A stretch of DNA of 63,798 nt, the filler included, from Choristocarpus tenellus KU-1152 (lineage: Eukaryota > Protista > Phaeophyceae), in assembly GCA_964200185.2 (NCBI GenBank). It is 14 parts of 14 records of this genome, joined end to end, with 100 filler letters (N's around TTAATTAATTAA, not from the genome) between each part and the next. Parts side by side here need not be neighbours in the genome. Positions count along the whole stretch, not along the records: positions 26,872 to 29,691 come from CAXNAD020024474.1; positions 29,792 to 33,525 come from CAXNAD020018238.1; positions 33,626 to 38,955 come from CAXNAD020011133.1; positions 39,056 to 49,357 come from CAXNAD020003005.1; 10 more parts are not named here. One strand, given 5' to 3'. Numbering within the stretch: the first letter of the stretch is position 1; every line of letters starts with the position of its first letter. A model generated the notes under the pieces. It made no database searches. It was given only the letters and a program-made list of their open reading frames with translations, and was not told where the DNA came from. Below, piece after piece: positions 27,536 to 39,385 of the stretch. The translations under genes were made by a program, and so were the position numbers.

Positions 27536-27794
27536 GAATCAAAGTATCTTAGAGGGTAGAGCCGCGTCCGTTTGGGGACCAATATCCAATGTTGCGATTT
27601 TGATGCAATTTTGGTTATCTTGTTTGTTAGGAAGTGTCAATATCCTAGTTTTAGACGAACCATTTCATAACATATATATTTGACCTACTCCGAAATATTT
27701 TGGAGTAGGAAAATGTAATAAAAAAACTGGTGGGTAGCCAAGCCCCAAACAGACAAACATTGCAAAACTCGTACCCTCTAAGTTACTTTCACTC
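27536..27794 (-). mobile_element. MITE family A (259 bp)
   Basis: GAATCAAAGTATCTTAGAGGGTAG...TACCCTCTAAGTTACTTTCACTC with TSD caa/caa. Confidence 0.92.
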
Positions 27795-28265
27795 CAAGCA
27801 AGAAGACAGCTCATGGAGAGATACAGATATCCTTTTGCAAGGCAGGGAGAGAGGAGTTCATGAGGATTGGGACTGGAAATATCTTTCATTGACTTCATAT
27901 TCTCTAGAGCAAAGCACTTCAGCCCCAATGCTTGTGGCGAAGTCAAGATATTTGTTGACAATTTCCTAGGAACATGGATCTAAGATTAACCATTACTAGA
28001 AAAGATCTGATTGCAGCTATGTCCTTGAAATATACCATACTGAAGGGAATACTTGTAATCACTCCTAAGCTGATGATTGTCATGAAGTATGAAGGCTCTG
28101 CATTATATTTTTGTTTGCCAATAAAGGTGGGTATAGACAGAATGGTTTGAGCCAAAAGCACCATATTTAATCTACATTTATCTCCATATTTTTCGAACAC
28201 TCCTCTCTTCGAAGGATCTCACACAAAGGTTGGAACACCTATTTTGAAGTACTCCGATTTCAAAG

Positions 28266-28445
28266 GGCTCAAAGTACCTAGGGGTGGTGATGGCTGTCCA
28301 TTTGAGGTCAATTTGTTTATGTCGCGATTTTTGGGTTATTTGGTTGCATACATCGGATGGATAATGTAAATGCACTTTTCCTGATTTTAGTCCAAATGGA
28401 CACCTTGGTGTAGACCCCCCCCTCTCCCCCCAGATACTTTGGATC
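28266..28445 (-). mobile_element. MITE family B (180 bp)
   Basis: GGCTCAAAGTACCTAGGGG...CCCCCAGATACTTTGGATC with TSD aag/aag. Confidence 0.9.
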
Positions 28446-28918
28446 AAGTAGTTGAGGAACTTGGACATTTTGGTGAAATACGGAAGCAGTCACTATGGTG
28501 CAAAGGACCTCACCATATTCACAGCATTATATCATCCTCCGGAATAAATTTGAAAAAAAATGTGATATTAGCATATAGAAAGCATCCTTCAGTACTCACA
28601 TTATGTACACCAAAACACCAACCTGGTATAAGACAAAGCATGTTCTCACCAGAGCAAGTTCACTTCCCAGTCCAAGGCCCCCAGGGCTATGAGGAAATAG
28701 TAGCAAGTATCATTCCATCTTTTAACCCCAACCCTATCCATGAACAACAAAACCTATGTCAACACTTTACGGTCATGTAATTGTGAACCTTCTCGTGCAG
28801 CATTGCACCAAGACTGAGCCATTTGGTTCGGGGGAGTTCAGAACCAAGTAGGCATAAGTACTAATTGTCTTATCTCACGCTAAGCTCAACCATAGGTCGG
28901 CCTGGATATTCCTTCCAG

Positions 28919-29129
28919 GTGTTCTTGCTGATACAAAGAAGAAGGCAGTTGAGGTCAGAGAAAAGCTGGTGGCTGCAAGGGAGATGCGTGAGGGAATAGA
29001 TGAGAAGCGGGAGCAGTATCGACCAGTTGCCACCCGAGGTTCAGTCCTTTATTTCACAGTGGTAGACCTGAGCCTCATCAATGTCATGTATCAGACCAGC
29101 CTGGACCAATTCCAGAGGCTATTTGACAG
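28919..29129 (+). CDS. Axonemal dynein heavy chain, single internal exon (outer-arm gamma/DNAH5-DNAH8-like)
   Basis: ttccag|GT...GACAG|gt exon encoding VLADTKKKAVEVREKLVAAREMREGIDEKREQYRPVATRGSVLYFTVVDLSLINVMYQTSLDQFQRLFD. The YRPVAxRGSxLYF...MYQxSL motif follows AAA5 in dynein heavy chains. Subtype is inferred from MYQTSL. Confidence 0.92.
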
Positions 29130-29551
29130 GTGGGTGTTGGCTGGGAGGTACCAAACCCTACATGACACACACCTTGGATGTGAGCAAACTATAGATGACA
29201 TAAGAGCAACCGAATGAAAATAAAGATATTATTTCTATAGCACTGCTTCTTTTTACTCTTCTTGATTTTTTCTCTTATCTCTTATGCTGCCTTTCGCCGC
29301 AGGTCTAAGAACTCTCAACTTCTGCAAAGTTCTCAAATAAAAAATGTATGCCGATAACAAAAACAAAAAATCAATGGTTCTTACATTTGAGAAAATGAAA
29401 GGATGGATTATTTTCCATCTAAATGGCGTTAAACTTGACGTCACTCGAGATCAACGTAGAATGAGCAGAACAGTAGGACGGACATATTGAATAGTCTACA
29501 CTATAACCTATTTGTAGCTTCACATGGGTCCTGCTTCTGATCCTGGCACTT

Positions 29552-29691
29552 GGGTCAAAGTATCTTGGGGAGGGGTGCCGGCGTCCGTTTTTCACCCTTT
29601 TTTCGATTTTCACTTTTTTGGTGTAATTTGGTCGCACGTGTCGGATTTGAAATGAAAAAAAAAAAAATTGTTTGACCGAAACGGACGCCCC
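29552..29691 (+). mobile_element. Left end of long TIR element family F (cut by contig end)
   Basis: GGGTCAAAGTATCTTGGGGAGGGGTGCCGGCGTCCGTTTTTCACC... aligns over ~100 bp with 53290-53385. A shorter related end lies at 26735-26771. Confidence 0.8.
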
Positions 29692-29999
29692 NNNNNNNNN
29701 NNNNNNNNNNNNNNNNNNNNNNNNNNNNNNNNNNNTTAATTAATTAANNNNNNNNNNNNNNNNNNNNNNNNNNNNNNNNNNNNNNNNNNNNCCCCGCCGA
29801 AGCCGGTCACTGATTAGAGGGATAGCAACCCTCGGGCGAAACCTAAACAAGTCTTACAACTTGCGATCCCCGGGAGTAGCTTAGCTTAGGCTGACTATCT
29901 GCTCGGTAACTCAGGGGTTTACTAGTGTTTCAACATGCACGAATCAGACACAAGTAACTCGATCTAGACTTCAACAAAAAAACTGAAACGACTGAAGCC

Positions 30000-32840
30000 C
30001 TCTATTTCAATTGGTGGCGGGTTCGAAATGGCGTTCCTCACCCTTCTCCCACCACTCTACAAGCTTCAGGTATGCCTCAGTTAGAAGGTGCCACAGATTT
30101 AGGAACTTGGAGTACCTGTCAATTCACGGTTCGGGCTTCATGAGGCTCATGAAAATGGCCTTCCTTTCATGGGGTGTTTCCACATGCTCCGGAATCAACG
30201 TGCTGCCAGGCTTCCCTCCTTGACCGTAGAGTTTTAGTTGCGTGGGCTCATCGATGTAGCATTCATCTCTGAATACAAGATTTTTGACCGCTCTGCCGGC
30301 CTTTAGGAGCCTGAACCCATGGTCGTATATGACCTGGGTAAGGATTTGGGTTTGTACCTGATACTGCAATGAAGCGGGTTTTGTTGCTGATCGTAGGAGC
30401 TTGGCAATGCATGCCTCCATAGAGGCTCCGGTGATCCCCACGACGGATGCATCGTCAGAGTCGACCACGTCCTCTGTCACGACTTCATCATCACCATGCA
30501 CAGACGTTTCGTCGGCATCCTCATGCCCCGTAGTAGATAGCGCTGCATTTTCTGCGTCTCCGCCCTTTCTGGTGGAAGCGAAGACGTCCGCAAAAAAGCT
30601 AGGTTCTTAATCTCTACCGTCATTTCCATGAGGATGTTTGAAGGGTCTCATCCGTCCAGCACCTTCTCCTAACCTCTTCTTCGTAATGACCGTCGTTTTG
30701 GTCTCCCCTTTACCCTTTGCTAAAGGCTTGTCCCTGTGTGAGGAACCTGATGGTGTCAAATCAACCCTTGGTGTTGTTGACTCGCCATTAGTGTAGTTTG
30801 CAATTTGCTCCACAGTATTGTCCTTCCTTTTCCCTCTACCGGTTAGGTCGTGATCAACGGACTCATCGACGCTGCTATCAACTGCATGGACGTTTGGGGA
30901 CATTCCGGGGTCACTCCTGACAGGCATGGACTCAGAGTCCATGCCTAGCCGCCCCCCCACGTCCTCCTGGACATCTTCATCTGGACAAAACAAAGCGTTA
31001 CAATCGCCCGGTCCCCATCGCCTTCAGGGTTGTCCTCTGAGGGTGTGGTTGGATTACTTCCCCCATCTAGTGAACCGCTTCCTACGCCTATGGTAGGGTT
31101 AGGCAATGGTGCCTCCTGTTCCTCTTTATCCCTAGTGGGTCGGGTCCTCCACAAGGTATAGGCGTGGATACGCCACCAACTACCAGTGGCTTTGCCAGCA
31201 CAAACTTACAGAAGGTGGAGAGTTCGTTGACGAGGAGTTGGATGCGATCTGGATCGTGGTTGTCCCTGAGGGCGGTGCATGCGATTACGGTGCCTCCTGG
31301 TCGAGTCTGGAGAAGGGCGATTGCTCTCTCGTGGGTGGGGCTTGTTTCGGACTTGAAATTCCCAAGGTCGTGCTCGGACATGGCGTTTTCCTCCGGTGCG
31401 ATTACAATGTTTGTGACTCGTGTTATCTATGTAATGGTGGAGGAGTACAAAGGAGTAGGCAAAGGAGTAGGCAAAGGACGAGGCAAAGGACGAGGCGAAG
31501 TAGGAGGCAAAACGACGGGGAGAGGTGTTAGGGTTAGGAGGCAAAGGATGAAGCAGAGGTTGGAGAAAGGAGTAAGCGAAGGAGGATATAGAGGAGGAGG
31601 CAAATACTGAGGAAGAGATGGAAGGAAAGGAGTACGTGTGGTTTGTCGTACTTGGGTGGATTCTTTTAGCCCATGGATCAGGAAGACATGTAGGGCTTGT
31701 AACATTGGGTTAAGAAGATGTGTATGGAATTATAGGACATGAACCGCGACATAATTTCCCACCCTGCGTTGGGTTGTACTGATCGACAGAGCATAGCGAA
31801 CGTATGAATAAATCTGTTCGACAAGCATCTTCGCAACATAAAAACTCAAGAACCCTGCGTCAGTGTACGTTGTGAAACTGTCCAACGTCGGTAAGATCTC
31901 TGAGAGTCGAGGCGTTGTGTTTGGTGTAGGGAACGTTGTTAGATGTTCGCGTATGGCGGTGTTGTACAATGTTGTAATTGCTAACGCCCTCTGAGTATTT
32001 GAAGGTGTCTAGGTAGACTGTACCCTCCTCCACATTCTCCCACAACACGAGGTCTCTTTTCACCTGTGGATTTTTATGGGGTTAAACTAATGTGCGCGAT
32101 CAGGGCGTTTATTGTGGGGTGACTTGTTACAAACTCAAATACGGTGGACAGATGAGTGGATGAACCTGACACTCCTTTGAGCACCTCTTCGCTCAGGATG
32201 TATTGTTTCTTTGGAGCAGGCTTCTCTGAAGACCCAGCTGAGGACTCATTGGCGTCGGGGTCGATCCCGACCTCGTCTTTCCTCTTGAGGTCGTCGTTCA
32301 TGGCCAGCATGGCGACCTCCAGGACAGCCTTTTTGATGAGGACATTCTTGGTGTGCATCCTCCGCAAGAAGAGTGAAAGTACCTTAGAGGGTAAGAGTTT
32401 TTCCCTGTTTGTCCATTTGGGGCTTGGCTTCCCATGGGTTTTTTATTGCATTTTCCTACTCCAAAATGTTTTGGAGTAGGTAAAATGTATAAGTTATGAA
32501 AAGTTGTGTCTGAAACACAGATATTGACACTTCCTAACAAACACGATAGTCAAAATTACATCAAAAGCGCAAAGTTGGATTTTGGCTCCCAAATGGACGT
32601 GACTCTACCCTCTAAGATACTTTGGCTCAGAATGCCCTTTTGATTTTCCATGGTTGCTATGCCCATTCTTCCTTGGCCTGGGCAGCTGGTGCAGGGTCTG
32701 GATCACCATCTCCTGGTCTGTTTTTCTTCCCCTTTCCTCGCATCCTCTTCTTCTTTCCTTGGTCGGGGTCAGCTGGGGGTCATTTGTTCTGGACGCCCCT
32801 TAGAGTAATCGAGAACTGTCATGGGGGAGCGCATGGATAG
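30000..32840 (-). pseudogene. Decayed multi-segment coding region of unknown family, interrupted by a MITE
   Basis: Series of same-strand protein-like ORF fragments (30124-30501, 30607-30993, 30945-31154, 31088-31381, 31730-32063, 32074-32367) separated by stops and frameshifts. Removing the MITE plus its 4-bp TSD restores KRAF|LRRMHTK. Confidence 0.55.
32371..32628 (+). mobile_element. MITE family A (258 bp) inserted into an ORF
   Basis: GAGTGAAAGTACCTTAGAGGGTA...TACCCTCTAAGATACTTTGGCTC with 4-bp TSD agaa/agaa. Confidence 0.94.
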
Positions 32841-32973
32841 TAGAATGGTAATGGACGGCCAAGCGCTTTCCGTGGAGACTGCTATTTGCGAACATGCAGC
32901 GAACGGTAAATCCTGCCAATATGGAAGAAATATTGTATACGAGAACATACCAATACCGTACACAGACGAAAAA

Positions 32974-33259
32974 GATTTACGCGCCGACCCAGGTTAGATG
33001 TCGGGAGGGCAACCATGCACAGGTTTGTGTTTGACATAGGGCAGACAGTAATGAAGAAATTTGATGTGTTGTGTCGGGCGGTAAAGGCGAACAATTTCCA
33101 AAGCATGGCAAGACAGTTGGGGGTGGTGTGTACAAATATGGAACAAGAAACCTAAGCAGGAAAACATACTGTGGAACCGCGAAAGTGAAAGGTGAAGATC
33201 AAAAGGATTTACGCGCCGCCCCGGGTTAGATGTCGGGAGGGCAACCATGCACAGGTTTG
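32974..33259. repeat. 54-bp direct repeat, 2 copies (32974-33027, 33206-33259)
   Basis: GATTTACGCGCCG(A/C)CCC(A/G)GGTTAGATGTCGGGAGGGCAACCATGCACAGGTTTG, 2 mismatches, 232-bp period. Confidence 0.95.
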
Positions 33260-33525
33260 GGGCTTGACTTCCCATGTTTTTTTTAATGACATTTTCCTAC
33301 TCCAAAATGTATAAGAGTAGGTAAAATGTTTGAGCCAAAGTATCTTGGAGGGTAGAGTCGCGTCCATTTGTGGATCAAAATTCAATGTTGCGATTTTGAT
33401 GTAATTTTGGTTGTCCTGTTTGTTAGGAAGTGTCAATATCTATGTTTCGGACACACCTTTTCATAATGTGTACATTTTACCTACTCCTAAACATTTTGGA
33501 GTAGTAAAATGTCATAAAAACCCCC
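33256..33525. mobile_element. Internal family A fragment (33256-33331, +) abutting a second A copy (33332-33525, -)
   Basis: TTTGGGGCTTGACTTCCCATG...GTAGGTAAAATG, then GAGCCAAAGTATCTTGGAGGGTAG running to the contig end. Confidence 0.85.
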
Positions 33526-33829
33526 NNNNNNNNNNNNNNNNNNNNNNNNNNNNNNNNNNNNNNNNNNNNTTAATTAATTAANNNNNNNNNNNNNNNNNNN
33601 NNNNNNNNNNNNNNNNNNNNNNNNNGGGGTGGGGGGGAGAGAAGGGTATTTGTGGGGTGTGAGAGAAGAGGGGGGTGGGGTGTGTGTGCCTACATGATAT
33701 CGAGAAAGGGGCGGGGATGCAAAAGGTGTATCTTGGTGAGAGTGGGTTGAATGCCTTCGAAGAGTGTAGACTCATTCCGCTGTCTGTAGAAAGTCCCAAG
33801 GGCAAGGATCACGGTTGGTGTAGAGCCTT

Positions 33830-35704
33830 ACTTTCATATTCCTGATATTCAAGAAGGTGGGACCTTCAATCAAATTGAGCCTCCCCAATGAACTTCTTGA
33901 ACTTAAGCACTACTTGCCATCAATGTCCGCAAACCAATAGCAGATAAACCGCCAGAATATCTCGGGACTGTTCCGTGCTATGGATTAGTTCAACCTTTTC
34001 ACTTGTCTCGACTATATTGGAATTGAACAAAGCAACACCTTTGAATAGTGAAATAGTGCACCTTAACTTGAACGATTCTTGACTCTGCCTCCTCTGATAC
34101 AAGCCTTGATCAATCAACATATGTAGGCACAAGTTCAAGTGAACCATCCCGCAGCTATCAGGTACACAGTGCTTACATGCAAAATTCATCCACAACAACT
34201 TTCACTCGTGTGAAGTAAGCTGTTGTGTAGGTGCTCAACAGTCATCATCACCCCATGCTGCAACAGCTAATGACGCAGTTACCTACGAAAGGCTATCCTG
34301 TAGACCTCAGGCAAAGCGTCCAGAACCTCCTGGTTAGGGCAGCCTGACTCTCCCAGCGAGCTCACACAATACAAGTAATCTTTTGCCAGACCGTAGTCTG
34401 GGTATTCCGAGAACTCCGTCTCGAACTGCAACTTGATCCGATCAAGCTCTTTCTTTGCTGGAGCATCATCCTCTGGTACAAATAGTGGATGGGGAAGGAA
34501 AGTCTATCTATCAGTCGTAAGGAACCAAAATTCAATTTTAAAAAAATTCACAAGGGTCAATCGACTTTCACTCTCCACCTGACATACATGTCATATGGTG
34601 CTCATGGATCCACTGGAGTGAACCCATCCCACGAATATGATGCATAGCAATAGCAACACAAAACCCCACAGCCACAAAGACAAAATTCTAGGGATTTGTT
34701 CCTGCCATTTGGTAACATCAATACGCACAATCAAACGAAATTATGTTTGAACTGATGAGGATGAAAGATATTTTCTATTCGGCTCTCTCCTGAAAATAGT
34801 TTGGTTGAGGAGCGCGGGAGTTTACCACGCTACAAAATGCTTGGCATACGTACCACACTCGTCGCCTACAAGCGGCGAGAGTGGCAACAGGGATATTTCC
34901 TAGGATGGAGGGAGAGATGTAGGTTGTTTAATGGTAGCTTCTTTTGCGTAGGGAAGCATGGAGCTCTGCGGCTAGTAGTAGCACATTTCCATTCTCACCT
35001 GGGCTGTTCAGGATTAGAAGTTTTTTTACCACTTGGTTTGTAGCTTTATTTACGGCCTTCGTTATAGACATACCGGAAAGAGCGCTATCTTTCGGGTCCA
35101 AGCAAAAGTTGAGTTCCCCCAGGTATGAGTCAACTTCGGAACTGCGAGAAATTCCGAGGTTTATTTAGGGTTACAAGAATTACAAGGTCTAGTCCATGTA
35201 TTTGGTTTCTAGGGTGCAATTAAGTTGGGAAGATGATGTCGACTACTCTAGGAGTGCGGAACCTCAGGATCCCATGGCAAACATGCTGTAAAGTAAATCC
35301 TGCCAATATCTCCACAAATCGACCTTGCAACTTCAAGTTCCTATCTCTTCAGGCGATAAGTCGCCAACATGAGAACTAACAATGGGGAAATGAAACGGAA
35401 AAGACAACGCATGCCCCCAATTATCTTCCCACCTCGATCCCGAACCCGCCAAGCTAACTGGAGTACTAGAAGCAGGTTCGACCTCAACATCTGCCCTTGC
35501 CCTCAGCGACCAACAAGCAGCGCATCTTGCTCCAGGCTCTTCTATTGTTCCTGGAAATATACGATTGGCACGATCAGCAGTACCTATACTTGGACAAGCC
35601 ACTGCCCCTGACGTCAATGGTGAGGGAACAAACGCTTCGACCTCTCGCGTCAGTGCACCCAACAGGGCAGCGATGTGGATGGCAGAGCACCTAAGTAGCC
35701 CCAT
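33830..35704 (-). CDS. Putative plastid-targeted hypothetical protein, multi-exon, model uncertain
   Basis: N-terminus MGLLRCSAIHIAALLGALTREVEA|FVPSP is a signal peptide with an ASAFAP-like cleavage motif. Candidate downstream exons: NLKLQGRFVEILAGFTLQHVCHGIL, SEVDSYLGELNFCLDPKDSALS, EDDAPAKKELDRIKLQFETEFSEYPDYGLAKDYLY... Not all phases reconcile, so this could be two genes. Confidence 0.5.
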
Positions 35705-36330
35705 CGTAGACAGGAATGCAACCTTTTCTTCCCTAGGCGCATCCGTTTCGAGTCCTTCTAGGGGATTGGTTACAAACACGTGCAACTATGACTTCACCAA
35801 TGCCTTCATAGAACCCTCAACTAATTCTGAGTAGTAACAGTAGTATTTGATAGTAGTACCTAACTTGATTGTGGGACATCTGTTAAATACACATAATTCC
35901 AAAATTGTTGTACATATAAAGGTGTCATATGTGTAATAGAAACGACAAGTTGGTTAGTTGGTTGGATGTTAAGTTATTTTTTACGTACTACACACAAAAT
36001 AAGTATTAGAAAATGGTGATTTATATTATGTGATGACACAGAACTAAGTTTTCTTTAGTATGAGCAAGTAACGAAATAGTGAACAATAATATCAATACCA
36101 ATACTAGCAAAGAATTATTGTAATAAATAGTAGATAGTCTGTTGTTGCCCAATCAGATCAATTTCTTTCCTTCTTTTTGTGGAGAGGTTTGCTGGGTCAG
36201 CAACGATTTGTGGGGACGTACTTCGACGCAGTAGTTACTTTGGCTTCTCCTGTCGGCAAGGAATCAACGAACAGGTCGAATTTCCCCTCGTGTAAGTTGT
36301 ATATCGTGGCCTCATCTCCACTAAGAAATC

Positions 36331-38926
36331 ATGAGGGCTCTCTGTTTTCTGTCTTTGATAGCCTTGACTCAAGGATTTGGGATAGGAAAATGGTCACAAT
36401 CCACCATCAGATCTAATGGGATCTACAGAGTATGGGGAAAGGTTGATGGAGAGAGTTGTATTTCCAGGCACAATGCACTGACTACTAGAAATGCGAAGGT
36501 GGTACCGTCTGTGATGAGCATGGGATGGTCGCCCAAGAATTGGATTCAGGGAATTCTTCCTCGAACTGCTCCGACCCCTGCAGCTCAGGCGTTACATGGA
36601 GGGAAGGAGCTCAATCTTGGGGTACTGCTACTCAACCTTGGGGGCCCGGAGAGCCAGGAAGATGTAGAGCCTTTTCTTTATAATCTATTCGCTGATCCAG
36701 ATATTATTCGCCTTCCGAGGTTGCTGCAGTGGCTACAGGCCCCCATCGCTAAGATTATTTCGGCGCGAAGGTAAGACCATGGATTCAATATTTCTTTGCA
36801 GGGCACATGCTGGGTTGATCCTCGGCACGCTCAACCAACTATCTAGGAGCTCAATGTAATGTATGCGAAGCATAATGCACATTCTCTCCGTGTTCTTGAA
36901 CTCCCTATCTATTCCGCAGGGCACCAAAGAGTAAGAGCGCCTATGCGAGCATAGGTGGCGGGTCACCGATCGTCCCGTGGACGAATGCGCAGGCAGTAGC
37001 CATCGGAGATGAGCTATGTGCCAAGGGTATGAGGGGAGCCAAGTGCTACGTTGCGATGCGCTATTGGTATCCCTTCACGGAAGACGCCCTAAGAGAAATC
37101 GAGAATGATGGTGTCAACGCTTTGGTGAGAGAGTGATTACCTAACATATCCAGATATGCTACCACTTTTTGAGGCATGATATAGCTGAGCTCCGAAGTAG
37201 CATGAAATACTTCATATTCATTTGAGCTACCCCTCCTCCCTCTTTCTCTATCGTGTCTTACACAACTTAATTCTAGAGGTAGGTGCCCTGTTACACGGCA
37301 CGAACATGGTACCCAACCAAATGCACTTGTCTGTGCGAAATGATAGAGACATACACGCAGTAGCGGGGTTACGAGTGATGAGAGACTAAGAAAATGGCAC
37401 CTAGAGTGCACCCAATGAATCGTGCTGAAAGTCAAGTGTGGACTCACAAATCGAATCAGACTTACAGCATATCTTTTGCCCTGACTCAAACATTTTCTCC
37501 CCCTCTCACTTTTCCTGTCCAAACTGGTCTTGTGTGCAGGTAATAATTCCACTCTACCCACAGTTCTCTATCTCAACAAGTGGATCTAGCCTACGTGTAT
37601 TGAACAAGGAATTCACAAGCAGACCAGAAAAATGGGGACCCAAGCAAGTGGTGCACACCGTAGTCCCTTCATGGTATGACCGACCTGGTTATGTCAATGC
37701 AGTCGCCAACCTAGTGGCCAAGGAAGTGAATCAGTTCACACACCAGCAGATGGAAGAAGGCATACAGGTAATCTGCATCAATAGCCACAATTGTGTAGAG
37801 AAGGTGGTATGGTCCACACAACACAGTATTGATGGAGTGTGAGGAAACATTAACTATTAGAATTGGAAAAGCAAACAAGGACCATATCGATGGCCTTGAT
37901 GAGAGGATTCCAAATCCAATCTTGAAGTTTGATGATGAGAAAATGTGTGATTTTGGATTGTTGTTTTGCTGAATCCTCCAGGATGTCACACTGACATGAA
38001 ATTCCTGATGATACGCTGTTAATTGTGTAAGACATCACCTGTCTCGAGGAATGAAATTGATTCATGAATGGCACTAATGAAGACTCCTGTGCTGTGTAGA
38101 CCACAGCTGTGAGGATGCACAGATTGGACTAAGCAGAGTCTACACCCTCAAATCCCAAAGCGCCAAATAGTGTGTTTACATGTCACCACATGGTTGTCCA
38201 CAGCGACTCGAAGCTGTTGTTCACTGCAAATACCTTGAGTTTCATTTTCTCGAGAAAGAGAATTTTCCCGGTGAAATTGAGAGACACACGAAGCATCGCA
38301 GATTTAGTTTGTTGCATACTGTGACACAAGGGTCGTATCTTCCTCCTTCCTCCTTTATGCATCAAATAGACGTCGCAAGAACTTGCAACACGTGTGTTTC
38401 ATTCTTTTTGCCTTTCCTCCTCAGAGTCAGCATTGAACTTCTTGTGATTCTCATACCCTCATACCCTACCCCCCGTACAGGTGCTGTTTTCTGCTCATGG
38501 AGTGCCCAAGTCATACATAGAGGCTGGCGACCCATACAAGTCCCAAATAGAGGCCTGTGTGGAGCTCATCTCAAGGCAGACGAGCAATATCTTGGGGTCC
38601 TCACACCAGGGATCCAAGTCAACAGTCCGCAATATGCCTTCAGACACTGCTACTGGGGAGGGGGTTGCTGGTGTTGTGGCTCACATGGCTGGGGTGCAGA
38701 CTGGTGGAGGGGTCAGCTATCACCTGAGCTATCAATCGAGGGTTGGACCGGTGGAGTGGCTACAGCCGTACACAGACAGCATGATCAATGATTTAGCAAA
38801 GGGGGGTTGCAAGAACTTGGTGGTTGTCCCCGTGTCGTTTGTGTCAGAACACATAGAGACGCTTGAGGAGATTGACATGGAGTACAGGGAGCTTGCAGAG
38901 GAGGCTGGTGTGGCCAATTGGCGGAG
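36331..38926 (+). CDS. hemH: Ferrochelatase (protoheme ferro-lyase), plastid/cyanobacterial type, 3' end cut by contig end
   Basis: Exons 36331-36770, 36920-37124, 37540-37767 and 38481-38926 join in phase. Motifs: [105 protein letters not shown]-terminal [15 protein letters not shown]|F fits a bipartite plastid signal. Confidence 0.97.
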
Positions 38927-39055
38927 GTACGAGGGGGGCATTGGGAGGTGGGGTGNNNNNNNNNNNNNNNNNNNNNNNNNNNNNNNNNNNNNNNNNNNNT
39001 TAATTAATTAANNNNNNNNNNNNNNNNNNNNNNNNNNNNNNNNNNNNNNNNNNNN

Positions 39056-39155
39056 CCAGATGAACGGAAAATGGACGTGGGTTTTCTGGTAGTACTACTC
39101 CGTATACGATGGGTGATACCTTAGAATGTACTTTATACGGACCCCTCCAAGGGTG
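39056..39155 (-). mobile_element. Ty3/gypsy integrase C-terminal (GPY/F) fragment
   Basis: HPWRGPYKVHSKVSPIVYGVVLPENPRPFSVHL fits the W-x-GPY-x-V...Y...VH module. Confidence 0.6.
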
Positions 39156-39385
39156 AACCCAGGTTTTACTCGTTTTTCCGTTTGATGTTTGTTTTCCAAT
39201 ATTCTGCAATTCACCCATATATCTATGGATGAAGTGGTTACTTTGACTTGAGAGCAGTTATTTTTCTATTGTTTGAAGATTTTCGACAAAATTCATAAAA
39301 TATTCTACATCTGTAAAAATGACCGAATTTTACACATATTTGTCAGCACTCTTCGAATTTAACTCTTGGTACCTCTCGTTTACTA
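39156..39385 (+). mobile_element. MITE family C, both termini eroded
   Basis: ACCCAGGTTTT...GCAATTCACCCATAT...GGATGAAGTG...TTTGACTTGAGA...GGTACCTCTCGTTTACT is collinear with 47168-47437. Confidence 0.78.

Noticed and set aside
29806-29856. Hammerhead-ribozyme-like segment (CTGATTAGAGGG...CCCTCGGGCGAAAC...GTC)
   Set aside because: The core reads CUGAUUA rather than CUGANGA, and stems I and III cannot be formed convincingly. An Infernal search with hammerhead models would settle it.
32371-32628. MITE A as an Introner-like, intron-generating element
   Set aside because: The only copy inside an ORF has no AG acceptor at the downstream end on the coding strand and adds 262 nt. The host ORF also has independent stops. 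No copy coincides with an intron's boundaries.
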